Assembly: GCA_021848825.1 (NCBI GenBank)
Contig: JAJZTQ010000008.1
Location: 14,999 to 78,998 of the forward strand
Length of the DNA: 64,000 nucleotides
Source: Pseudomonadota bacterium
GTDB taxonomy: Bacteria > Pseudomonadota > Gammaproteobacteria > Burkholderiales > JABEVD01
Reading direction: 5' to 3'
Position 1 is the stretch's first letter, and each line of letters opens with the position of its first letter. Positions 40,369-48,536 of the stretch are shown here, one piece after another. Under the pieces are notes generated by a model. It ran no database searches, had not been told where the DNA came from, and was given only the letters and a program-made list of their open reading frames with translations. A program made the translations under genes and the position numbers.

Positions 40369-40403
40369 ATCTGGATGATTTCATCCGGATGGCGCTTTTT
40401 TTT
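40364..40403 (+). terminator. Intrinsic terminator (14-bp stem with one G-U, then T8) between nasT and the porin gene
   Basis: GCGCCATCTGGATG/CATCCGGATGGCGC followed by TTTTTTTT. Confidence 0.8.
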
Positions 40404-40427
40404 GCAGTTCCTTCAGGAGAATCACAA

Positions 40428-41669
40428 ATGAAAAAAATTTGGCCAGGACTCTTTCTTCTCGCATCTTGCCAGGCGAGCGCCGATTCGCTGTCAGACATGA
40501 TAGCAGCCGGCAAGGCGGATCTGCAGCTTCGCCCTCGCTACGAATTCGTGCAGCAGGACGGCAAGCCGAACAATGCCAATGCCTATACCCTGCGCACGCT
40601 GCTGGGCTACAGCCTGAAACCTGAAGCGGGGTTCGGCGGAACGATCCAGTTCATCAACGTCAGCGCCCTGGGGGCCGAGCATTTCAACAGCACCCTGAAC
40701 GGCCACACTGCCTATCCTGTCGTGGCCGACCCTGGTGTGAGCGCCGTCAATCAGGCATTCCTGAGCTACGGGGGAATGCCCCGGACGAACCTGAAGCTCG
40801 GCAGGCAGATCATCATCCTCGACAATTCGAGATGGATAGGCAATGTCGATTTCCGCCAGAACATGCAGACGTTCGATGCCTTCAGTATCGAAAACAGCAG
40901 CCTGAAGAACACGAAGTTTTTCGTTTCGCGAATCGCCCGGGTCAAGGGAAGCTACGCCAATTTCCAGAGCCCCGTCGGATACAACCTGCAGCATGTGAAG
41001 GCAGACATCCTCCATGCGTCCTTTACGCCCTTCAAACAGACGACCTTGACGGCCTATGAATATTTCTACCAGGACGAAAGCTTCCCTCAGGGCTCGCCTT
41101 CGAATATTTCAAGCGCAACGCCCGGCCTGCGCGTCGATGGCTCGATAGGCGAGGGGCTCAGGATTCTCTATACCGCAGAATACGCGAAGCAGCGAGGCTA
41201 CGCAGGGGGCCACTCCGGGATGGATGCCAGATACGAGCTGATCGGGGGAGGGGCCGCCTATGGAAAACTCTACGCGCGTCTGGACTACGAAACGCTGGGT
41301 TCCAATTCGACCGGCACATACGGATTGCAGACCCCGCTCGCCACGAAGCATATCTTCAACGGCTGGGCGGACATGTTTCTCATGACGCCTGGAAAGGGCT
41401 TGAAGGACCTGTTCGCGACCCTGGGCGGAAAAGCGGGGCCATTGGACATGGTCGCCATGGTTCACGACTACAGGGCCGACTTCGATTCGACGCACTATGG
41501 ATCGGAATGGGATCTTTCGGCTTCCCATGCCTTCACCAGCCACCTTTCGGGAAGCCTCATCTATGCCGACTACAGGGCAAAGGACGGCGCGGGAGCCTTT
41601 TTTCCAGGCACCGCGGCGCCGAATGTGAACACCAAGAAAATGTGGCTTACCCTTTTGTACCGCTACTGA
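40428..41669 (+). CDS. Outer-membrane beta-barrel porin (alginate-export/AlgE-like family by eye)
   Basis: Signal peptide, alternating amphipathic beta pattern and C-terminal ...LLYRY. Confidence 0.65.
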   Translation: MKKIWPGLFLLASCQASADSLSDMIAAGKADLQLRPRYEFVQQDGKPNNANAYTLRTLLGYSLKPEAGFGGTIQFINVSALGAEHFNSTLNGHTAYPVVADPGVSAVNQAFLSYGGMPRTNLKLGRQIIILDNSRWIGNVDFRQNMQTFDAFSIENSSLKNTKFFVSRIARVKGSYANFQSPVGYNLQHVKADILHASFTPFKQTTLTAYEYFYQDESFPQGSPSNISSATPGLRVDGSIGEGLRILYTAEYAKQRGYAGGHSGMDARYELIGGGAAYGKLYARLDYETLGSNSTGTYGLQTPLATKHIFNGWADMFLMTPGKGLKDLFATLGGKAGPLDMVAMVHDYRADFDSTHYGSEWDLSASHAFTSHLSGSLIYADYRAKDGAGAFFPGTAAPNVNTKKMWLTLLYRY

Positions 41670-41715
41670 CGGGAACGATTATTGCTTCGGGCAGGGATGT
41701 CGATAAATTCAGGAG

Positions 41716-42975
41716 GTGGAGATGAGCGGAGAAGCCGATTCCGGGCGGCGTGATTTCTTCAGGCAGGGGGCAGCATTGCTTGGCGGGGCCGCGCTCTTTG
41801 GAATCATGCCCGCTGGAGCGCGCAGTTCAGCCTATGCTGCAGGTTCCGATGCGCCTGAAATGCAGGAAGTGAAAATAGGCTTCCTGCCTTTGACGGACTG
41901 CGCATCCGTGGTCATCGCCTCCGAAATGGGCTTCGACAGGAAATACGGCATCAGGATCATCCCGAAAAGGGAAGCTTCCTGGGCTACCGTGAGAGACAAA
42001 CTCGCAAGCGGCGAACTGCAGGCATCTCAAGCGCTTTACAGCATGGTTTACGGCATCCATCTCGGCGTGGGCGGGGAGAAGACGGACATGGCCGTGCTGA
42101 TGACCCTCAACAACAACGGCCAGGACATCGTGCTGTCAAGCAGGCTCAAGGAAAAAGGCGTGAGAAGCGGAGAAGCGCTCAAGCGCCTGGTGTCCATGGA
42201 GAAGCCCCATTCCGTCTTCGCCCAGACCTTCCCTACCGGAACGCATGCGATGTGGCTTTATTACTGGATGGCCGCGCATGGCATCGATCCGCTCAGGGAC
42301 GTCAACACCATCACCGTTCCCCCGCCCCTAATGGTTTCGGCCATGCAATCGGGAAACATGGACGGATTCTGCGCCGGCGAGCCATGGGGACCGATCGCCA
42401 TCCGGGAAGGGATCGGTTTCGCCGCCGCTTCTTCCCAGCAGATCTGGAAGGATCATCCGGAAAAGGTGCTGAGCGCGACACGGGATTTCGTGGACAGCCA
42501 CCCGAACACGGCCCGTGCGATGATCATGGCCATACTCGAGGCCTCCAGCTTCATCGATCACCCGGCAAACAGGCCGACGGTGGCCAATATCATCGCCGGA
42601 AAAAACTATGTCGACGCCCCGGTCGGGATCCTGGAAGGCCGCATGCAGGGCATCTACGATAACGGCCTGGGAAAGACATGGCAGGATCCGCATCACATGA
42701 AGTTTCACGGGGACGGGGAGGTCAATTTCCCTTACCTCTCCGACGGCATCTGGTTCATGACCCAGCTGCGGCGCTGGGGTCTCCTCAGGGAAGATCCGGA
42801 TTATGATGCAGTGGCCCGAACGATCAACAGGACTGAACTCTACACGGAAGCCGCGGCAGGGGCGAAGGTTTCCGTCCCCGCCGAACCCATGCGCTCCTCG
42901 ACGCTGATGGACGGCAGAACCTGGAACGGCAAGGACCCGAAAGCCTATGCCGACAGTTTCGAAATAAGGGCCTGA
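41716..42975 (+). CDS. NrtA/CmpA/NasS-family nitrate-binding protein with twin-arginine signal peptide
   Basis: AGGAGG SD. SGRRDFFRQGAALLGGAALFG Tat motif with an AYA cleavage site, then KIGFLPLTDCASVVIA, typical of the NrtA fold. Confidence 0.8.
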   Translation: MEMSGEADSGRRDFFRQGAALLGGAALFGIMPAGARSSAYAAGSDAPEMQEVKIGFLPLTDCASVVIASEMGFDRKYGIRIIPKREASWATVRDKLASGELQASQALYSMVYGIHLGVGGEKTDMAVLMTLNNNGQDIVLSSRLKEKGVRSGEALKRLVSMEKPHSVFAQTFPTGTHAMWLYYWMAAHGIDPLRDVNTITVPPPLMVSAMQSGNMDGFCAGEPWGPIAIREGIGFAAASSQQIWKDHPEKVLSATRDFVDSHPNTARAMIMAILEASSFIDHPANRPTVANIIAGKNYVDAPVGILEGRMQGIYDNGLGKTWQDPHHMKFHGDGEVNFPYLSDGIWFMTQLRRWGLLREDPDYDAVARTINRTELYTEAAAGAKVSVPAEPMRSSTLMDGRTWNGKDPKAYADSFEIRA

Positions 42976-42993
42976 CCCATTATCGTGCACGCC

Positions 42994-43010
42994 GGCACCG
43001 TCATGGTGCA
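42994..43010. promoter_or_regulatory. Candidate NtrC-type enhancer site GGCACCGTCATGGTGCA
   Basis: Near-perfect match by eye to TGCACC-N5-GGTGCA; ~60 bp upstream of a sigma54-like element. Confidence 0.5.
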
Positions 43011-43063
43011 CGGCAATTTCCTGGTCAAGACATGGCCTGATTATCATTCAAGAAGTTACAGTC

Positions 43064-43079
43064 AGGCACGGATGTTGCT
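43064..43079 (+). promoter_or_regulatory. Candidate sigma54 promoter AGGCACGGATGTTGCT upstream of the narK leader
   Basis: GGCAC-N6-TTGC with canonical GG/GC spacing. The predicted start is ~10 nt before leader hairpin 1. Confidence 0.6.
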
Positions 43080-43100
43080 TTTCCAGCATTGACAATTCAG

Positions 43101-43144
43101 GGTTTCCCAAAGGCGGGGAGCCGTTTCTCAGGACAAAGGCGTCC
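43101..43144 (+). promoter_or_regulatory. ANTAR-target-like leader 2: GGTTTCCC[AAAGGC]GGGGAGCC and GGAC[AAAGGC]GTCC
   Basis: Two hexaloops with A1/G4. Hairpin 2 shares 43138-43144 with the terminator stem. Confidence 0.7.
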
Positions 43145-43181
43145 ATGGCTGATATTTCAGCCATGGACGCCTTTTTGTTTT
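43138..43181 (+). terminator. Intrinsic terminator (15-bp perfect stem, 4-nt loop, TTTTTGTTTT) 16 nt upstream of narK
   Basis: GGCGTCCATGGCTGA-TATT-TCAGCCATGGACGCC read directly. Confidence 0.85.
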
Positions 43182-43196
43182 CGAAAGGAAAAGGAA

Positions 43197-44408
43197 ATGA
43201 AAACGAGCTTCTGGAAGGCCGGGCATGCGCCCACGCTGTTTGCTGCGTTTCTCTATTTCGACGTCAGCTTCATGGTCTGGGTGATACTGGGTCCGCTCGG
43301 CGTCCAGATCGCTTCGTCATTGGGACTGAATGCGGCCCAGAAAGGCATGATGGTCGCCACCCCCGTCCTCGCCGGCGCGCTTCTCAGGATCGTGATGGGC
43401 ATGCTGGTCGACCATCTGAAGCCGAAGCTGGCCGGCATCGTCGGCCAGCTTGCCGTGATGCTTGCACTCGTCCTGGCCTGGCTCTTCGGCATCCATGATT
43501 ACAGCCAGGTGCTGATACTGGGCGCGTTCCTCGGCTTTGCCGGCGCCTCCTTCGCAGTGGCATTGCCGCTCGCTTCCCGCTGGTATCCTCCCGAGCACCA
43601 GGGCACTGCGCTGGGCATTGCCGGGGCGGGCAATTCGGGAACCGTTCTGGCTGCCCTTTTCGCACCCACCCTTGCGCTCTGGTATGGCTGGAACAACGTC
43701 CTGGGATTCGCCCTGATTCCGCTTTTCATCGCCTTCATGGTCTATGTTTTCGTGGCGAAGGACAGCCCTGAATGCCCTCCCCCCAAGACGCTTGTCGAAT
43801 ATGCCCGGGTATTGAAGGACAGGGATGCATGGTGGTTCATGTTCTTCTACAGCGTGACTTTCGGCGGCTTCGTCGGACTCGCCTCTTCACTCTCGATCTA
43901 TTTTCATGACCAGTACGGGCTTTCCGCAGTCAAGGCGGGCTTCTACACGGCCGCCTGCGTATTTGCAGGGTCTCTCGTCCGTCCCATGGGCGGCGCGCTG
44001 GCGGACAGGATAGGGGGCGTGCGCACCCTTTCCTTCATGTACGTGATTGCCTCGATCAGCCTCTTCGTCATGAGCTCCGGTCTTTCCGATGTCAACGCCA
44101 CGCTGGCCGTGTGCGTCTTGGCCATGCTTTCTCTGGGCATGGGCAACGGCGCGATTTTCCAGCTCGTTCCCCAGCGCTTCAGGAAGGAAATCGGGGTGAT
44201 GACGGGGCTCGTCGGCATGGCGGGCGGAATCGGCGGATTCTATCTCGCATCGAGCCTCGGCTACTTCAAGGCGCATACGGGCGACTACAAAATCGGCCTG
44301 ATGATCTTCGCCGGCATGGCCGTCCTGGCGCTGACCGGATTGAGCAGCGTGAAGAAGAGATGGAGAACCACATGGGGCGCACTGAATCTCAGCGCGGCGA
44401 AGATCTGA
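43197..44408 (+). CDS. narK: MFS nitrate/nitrite transporter (NarK/NasA type)
   Basis: 12-TM MFS with nitrate-signature-like Gly-rich motifs (GFAGASFAV, GIAGAGNSG, GMAGGIGG). ATG 43197 follows GGAAAAGGAA. Confidence 0.9.
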   Translation: MKTSFWKAGHAPTLFAAFLYFDVSFMVWVILGPLGVQIASSLGLNAAQKGMMVATPVLAGALLRIVMGMLVDHLKPKLAGIVGQLAVMLALVLAWLFGIHDYSQVLILGAFLGFAGASFAVALPLASRWYPPEHQGTALGIAGAGNSGTVLAALFAPTLALWYGWNNVLGFALIPLFIAFMVYVFVAKDSPECPPPKTLVEYARVLKDRDAWWFMFFYSVTFGGFVGLASSLSIYFHDQYGLSAVKAGFYTAACVFAGSLVRPMGGALADRIGGVRTLSFMYVIASISLFVMSSGLSDVNATLAVCVLAMLSLGMGNGAIFQLVPQRFRKEIGVMTGLVGMAGGIGGFYLASSLGYFKAHTGDYKIGLMIFAGMAVLALTGLSSVKKRWRTTWGALNLSAAKI

Positions 44409-46075
44409 TGGATTTCCTGAGCATCTCGCACGGCGCTTCAAGCGACAGGGGTCGGCGCGACCGCAACGAAGACTTCTTCGGCGCGGTGACCCCCGAAGAC
44501 CGCCTGCTCGACACCCGCGGCATCCTGGTGGCCATCGCTGACGGCGTGAGCGGCAATACGGGCGGGAGGGAAGCAGCTGAATACACGGTGAGAAGCGTGC
44601 TGAGCGACTATTATGCGACGCCCGAGACATGGGGAATCCCGAATTCCCTGGACAAGCTTCTCTCGGCCGCCAATCGCTGGCTGCTCGCCCAGAAGGGGAG
44701 TCTCACCGGCATGGCGAGCACGGTGAGCCTGCTCGTCCTGAAAGGGGATCGCTATACCATCGCCCATGTCGGGGATACCCGGATCTACCTCAGGCGCGGC
44801 GAAAGCCTGACACTCCTCACCACGGACCATGTCTGGGAAGGCCCGGAACTGCGCCATGTGTTGAAAAGAGCCGTGGGCCTGGATCAGCACCTGACGGTCG
44901 ATTACAGCGAAGGGCAATTGAGGGAAAAGGATGTCTTCCTGCTCGTCACGGACGGCGTGTGGGAGCGTCTCGGACAGAAGAGGATGCACGAGATCCTCAA
45001 CCTTCACGAAAATCCCGAAAGAAGCGCAAAAGTGCTCGTCGAACAGGCCCTGGCTTCGGGCGGACAGGACAACGCGACCGCCCAGGTGGTGAAGATAGAA
45101 AGCCTGGGACGGGGCATGCTTCTCGAAGGCCGGGATCTCCCGCTTCCGCCCAGGTTGAAAGTCGGGCAGAAACTGGACGGATACGAGATCCTGGAAATCA
45201 TGCACGATTCCCGGGAAACGATCCTCTACAAGGTCAGGGAAGAATCGAGCCGCAAGCATTTCGTGCTGAAAACGCTGCAGCCATCGATGCAGCAGGACGA
45301 GAAGGCCTGCAGCAGCCTGCTCACGGAGGAATGGCTGGGCAAGCGCATCCAGTCCCATTATTTCCCGCAAGTCGTCCCAGCCTCTTCCGGAAAACGCACT
45401 GCGCTCTATTACGTGATGACCTGGCATGACGGCGCGACGCTTGCCGCACATATCGAAAGCGGAAGGCATTTCCCCGTCGTCGAGGCCAGACAGATCGGCA
45501 TCAGGCTGGCCAAGGGACTGGCCGCCCTGCACCGGCTCAACATCATCCATCGCGACATCAAGCCCGACAATATCCTGCTCGGAGAAGACGGAAAACTGCG
45601 CATCCTCGATCTGGGCGTGGCCCTGAATCCCGCCCTGAACGCCGAAGAAAACGATGCCAATCCGGGGACGCCGAGCTACATGGCGCCGGAGCGCATCAAG
45701 GGGGAAGAGGCGACCTTCGGCAGCGATCTCTACAGTGTCGGCGTCACGCTCTATCATCTGCTGACAAGGAAATATCCGTACGGCGAAATCGAGCCTTTCC
45801 AGCATCCCAGATTCCCGGATCCTGTTCCGCCCACGCGCTATCGCCCGGACATCCCGGGATGGTTCGAAGCCATCATCCTCAAGGCTGTGCAGAGAAACCC
45901 GTCGCATCGGTACGAATTTCCGGAAGCGCTTCTTCTCGATCTCGAACTTGGCGAGCAGCCTGCATTCCAGAGCCCGTCAAGCCCGAAAAGAAGCCGGCCT
46001 TCCGTCTGGCAGATTGCTGCCGTCCTGTCCGTCCTTTTGAACCTTTTCCTGCTCTACCTGGCTGGAATCGGCTGA
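44408..46075 (+). CDS. Fused PP2C-type Ser/Thr phosphatase / Hanks-type Ser/Thr kinase with C-terminal membrane anchor
   Basis: PP2C motifs RDRNEDFF, ADGVSG, TDGVWE, GGQDNAT. Kinase motifs VLKTL, HRDIKPDNILL, DLG, SYMAPE. C-terminal hydrophobic helix. The ATG overlaps the narK stop. Confidence 0.85.
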   Translation: MDFLSISHGASSDRGRRDRNEDFFGAVTPEDRLLDTRGILVAIADGVSGNTGGREAAEYTVRSVLSDYYATPETWGIPNSLDKLLSAANRWLLAQKGSLTGMASTVSLLVLKGDRYTIAHVGDTRIYLRRGESLTLLTTDHVWEGPELRHVLKRAVGLDQHLTVDYSEGQLREKDVFLLVTDGVWERLGQKRMHEILNLHENPERSAKVLVEQALASGGQDNATAQVVKIESLGRGMLLEGRDLPLPPRLKVGQKLDGYEILEIMHDSRETILYKVREESSRKHFVLKTLQPSMQQDEKACSSLLTEEWLGKRIQSHYFPQVVPASSGKRTALYYVMTWHDGATLAAHIESGRHFPVVEARQIGIRLAKGLAALHRLNIIHRDIKPDNILLGEDGKLRILDLGVALNPALNAEENDANPGTPSYMAPERIKGEEATFGSDLYSVGVTLYHLLTRKYPYGEIEPFQHPRFPDPVPPTRYRPDIPGWFEAIILKAVQRNPSHRYEFPEALLLDLELGEQPAFQSPSSPKRSRPSVWQIAAVLSVLLNLFLLYLAGIG

Positions 46076-46103
46076 ATTATCGAAACTTGTGAAGGAGATT
46101 GAA

Positions 46104-48536
46104 ATGCAGAAACTGAAGCTTGTGGTAGTGGGAAACGGCATGGCCGGCATGAAGGTCGTGGAAGAATTGTTGAAAATAGGGCCCGATCTCTACGAAATCA
46201 CGGTATTCGGCGCAGAGCCCTATCCCAATTACAACCGCATCATGCTCTCCCCGGTTCTCGCCGGGGAACAGAAATTCGAAGACATCATTCTCAACAGCCT
46301 GGGCTGGTACGAAGAAAACGGCATCAGGCTGCATCTGGGCAAGAAAGTCCTCAGAATAGACAGGCAAAGGCGGATTGTCGAAGCCGAAGAAGGCATGGAG
46401 GTGGAATACGACAGACTGCTGCTCGCCACCGGATCGAGCCCTTTCATCCTGCCGGTGCCGGGACGGGATCTCGATGGGGTGATCGCGTACCGCGACATCC
46501 AGGATACCGAAAAGATGATCGAGACGGCAGAGAAGCACCGGCATGCCGTGGTCATCGGCGGCGGACTGCTGGGGCTGGAAGCGGCGAACGGCCTCAGGCT
46601 CCGCGGCATGGACGTGACCGTGGTTCATCTCGCGTCATGGCTGATGGAGCGCCAGCTCGACAGGCATGCCGGCAAGATGCTTCAATGCGAACTCGAGAAG
46701 CGGGGATTGAAATTTCTGCTCGAGAAGAAAACCGAAGCGCTGCTCGGGAATGAAGGCCGGGTATGCGGGGTGCGCTTCTCCGACGGCGGGGAAATCCCGG
46801 CGGACCTGGTGGTGATGGCAGTCGGGATCAAGCCCAACACGCAGCTTGCGGAATCGGCAGGAATACATTGCAACAGGGGAATCGTGGTCGACGACACGAT
46901 GCAGACATTCGATCCGAAAATCTACGCAGTCGGGGAATGCGTCTCCCACAGAGGAACGAGCTATGGTCTGGTCGCGCCGCTCTTCGACATGGCAAAAGTC
47001 TGCGCGAACCATCTGGCGATGATGGGAATAGGAAGATATGCCGGATCGTTCACCGCGACGAAGCTCAAGGTGACGGGAATCGATCTCTTTTCTGCCGGAA
47101 AGTTCGAAGGCGACGAGCATTCCGAGGAGATCGTGCTGAACGACGTGGCGGGCGGGGTCTACAAGAAGATCACGATCCGCGACGGCAAGATCGTCGGCAC
47201 GGTGCTTTATGGCGATACCGTCGACGGACAATGGTATTTCAGGATGCTGAAGGAAGGGCAGGACATCGGCGAAATCAGGGGCAACCTGATGTTCGGCCAG
47301 AGTCATCTCGGCAACGCGGGACACGAGGGTCGCGTGCAGGCGTCCAGCATGACGGACGACATGGAAGTGTGCGGATGCAACGGCGTGTGCAAGGGCACGA
47401 TCACGAAAGCGATCAAGGAAAAGGGGCTTTTCACGCTCGAAGAGGTGAGAAAGCATACCAAGGCATCGAGCTCCTGCGGATCCTGCACCGGACTCGTCGA
47501 ACAGATTCTCGCATCCGAACTGGGAGGCGGCTATTCGCCGAAAACCAGCGCCGAAAAGCCGCTCTGTGCGTGCACCGAGCATACCCATGCCGACCTGCGC
47601 AAGGCCATCAGGGAAGAGAAGCTGCTCTCGATTCCGGAAGTGATGGCCTTCATGAACTGGAAGACGCAGAACGGCTGCTCGACCTGCCGTCCCGCGCTCA
47701 ATTATTATCTCATCTCGACCTGGCCTCACGAGGCGATGGACGACCCCCAGTCGCGCTTCGTCAACGAAAGGGTTCATGCCAACATCCAGAAGGACGGGAC
47801 TTTTTCGGTTGTGCCGAGGATGTACGGCGGGATCACCAATCCCGAACAGCTGCGCAGGATCGCGGATGTCGCCGACAAATACCGGGTGCCGATGGTCAAG
47901 GTGACGGGCGGGCAGCGAATCGACCTGCTCGGCGTCAGGCGGGAGGATCTGCCTGCAATATGGTCGGATCTCGACATGCCGTCGGGCTATGCCTACGGCA
48001 AGTCGATACGCACCGTGAAGACCTGCGTCGGCACCGAATTCTGCCGCTTCGGCACGCAGGATTCGACAGGCCTCGGCATCATGCTCGAGCAGGCATTCGA
48101 CAGGATGTGGGCGCCGCACAAGGTGAAGATGGCCGTATCGGGATGTCCGAGGAACTGCGCCGAATCCACCATCAAGGATGTCGGCATCATCGGGGTCGAA
48201 TCGGGCTGGGAAATCTATGTCGCGGGCAACGGCGGCATCAAGGCGGAGGTTTCGCAATTTCTCGCGAAGGTGAAGACGAAGGAGGAAGCCATGGAATATT
48301 CGGGCGCCTTCCTCCAGCTCTACCGGGAGGAAGCCTATTATCTGGAAAGGACAGTCCACTGGATCGGGCGGGTCGGACTCGACTACGCGAGATCGAGGGT
48401 GGCTGAAGATGAGGAAAACCGGCGCGCATTGTACCAGCGCCTGCTCTATGCGCTCTCCGGCGAGCGCGATCCCTGGAAGTCCGTTGTCGAAAGGGAAAGA
48501 AAGCCTCTTTTCGAATCGCTCATGGTGGAGGCATGA
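46104..48536 (+). CDS. nirB: Assimilatory nitrite reductase [NAD(P)H] large subunit
   Basis: VVVGNGMAG FAD motif, BFD-like CGCNGVC...CGSC, and the siroheme/[4Fe-4S] cysteines (CVGTEFC...SGCPRNC). AAGGAG SD before ATG 46104. Confidence 0.95.
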   Translation: MQKLKLVVVGNGMAGMKVVEELLKIGPDLYEITVFGAEPYPNYNRIMLSPVLAGEQKFEDIILNSLGWYEENGIRLHLGKKVLRIDRQRRIVEAEEGMEVEYDRLLLATGSSPFILPVPGRDLDGVIAYRDIQDTEKMIETAEKHRHAVVIGGGLLGLEAANGLRLRGMDVTVVHLASWLMERQLDRHAGKMLQCELEKRGLKFLLEKKTEALLGNEGRVCGVRFSDGGEIPADLVVMAVGIKPNTQLAESAGIHCNRGIVVDDTMQTFDPKIYAVGECVSHRGTSYGLVAPLFDMAKVCANHLAMMGIGRYAGSFTATKLKVTGIDLFSAGKFEGDEHSEEIVLNDVAGGVYKKITIRDGKIVGTVLYGDTVDGQWYFRMLKEGQDIGEIRGNLMFGQSHLGNAGHEGRVQASSMTDDMEVCGCNGVCKGTITKAIKEKGLFTLEEVRKHTKASSSCGSCTGLVEQILASELGGGYSPKTSAEKPLCACTEHTHADLRKAIREEKLLSIPEVMAFMNWKTQNGCSTCRPALNYYLISTWPHEAMDDPQSRFVNERVHANIQKDGTFSVVPRMYGGITNPEQLRRIADVADKYRVPMVKVTGGQRIDLLGVRREDLPAIWSDLDMPSGYAYGKSIRTVKTCVGTEFCRFGTQDSTGLGIMLEQAFDRMWAPHKVKMAVSGCPRNCAESTIKDVGIIGVESGWEIYVAGNGGIKAEVSQFLAKVKTKEEAMEYSGAFLQLYREEAYYLERTVHWIGRVGLDYARSRVAEDEENRRALYQRLLYALSGERDPWKSVVERERKPLFESLMVEA

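Noticed and set aside
44438-48359. Long minus-strand ORFs (44438-45907, 46635-48359) opposite the kinase fusion and nirB
   Set aside because: Same shadow-frame pattern. The plus-strand products carry full catalytic and cofactor motifs, whereas the antisense translations are low-complexity.
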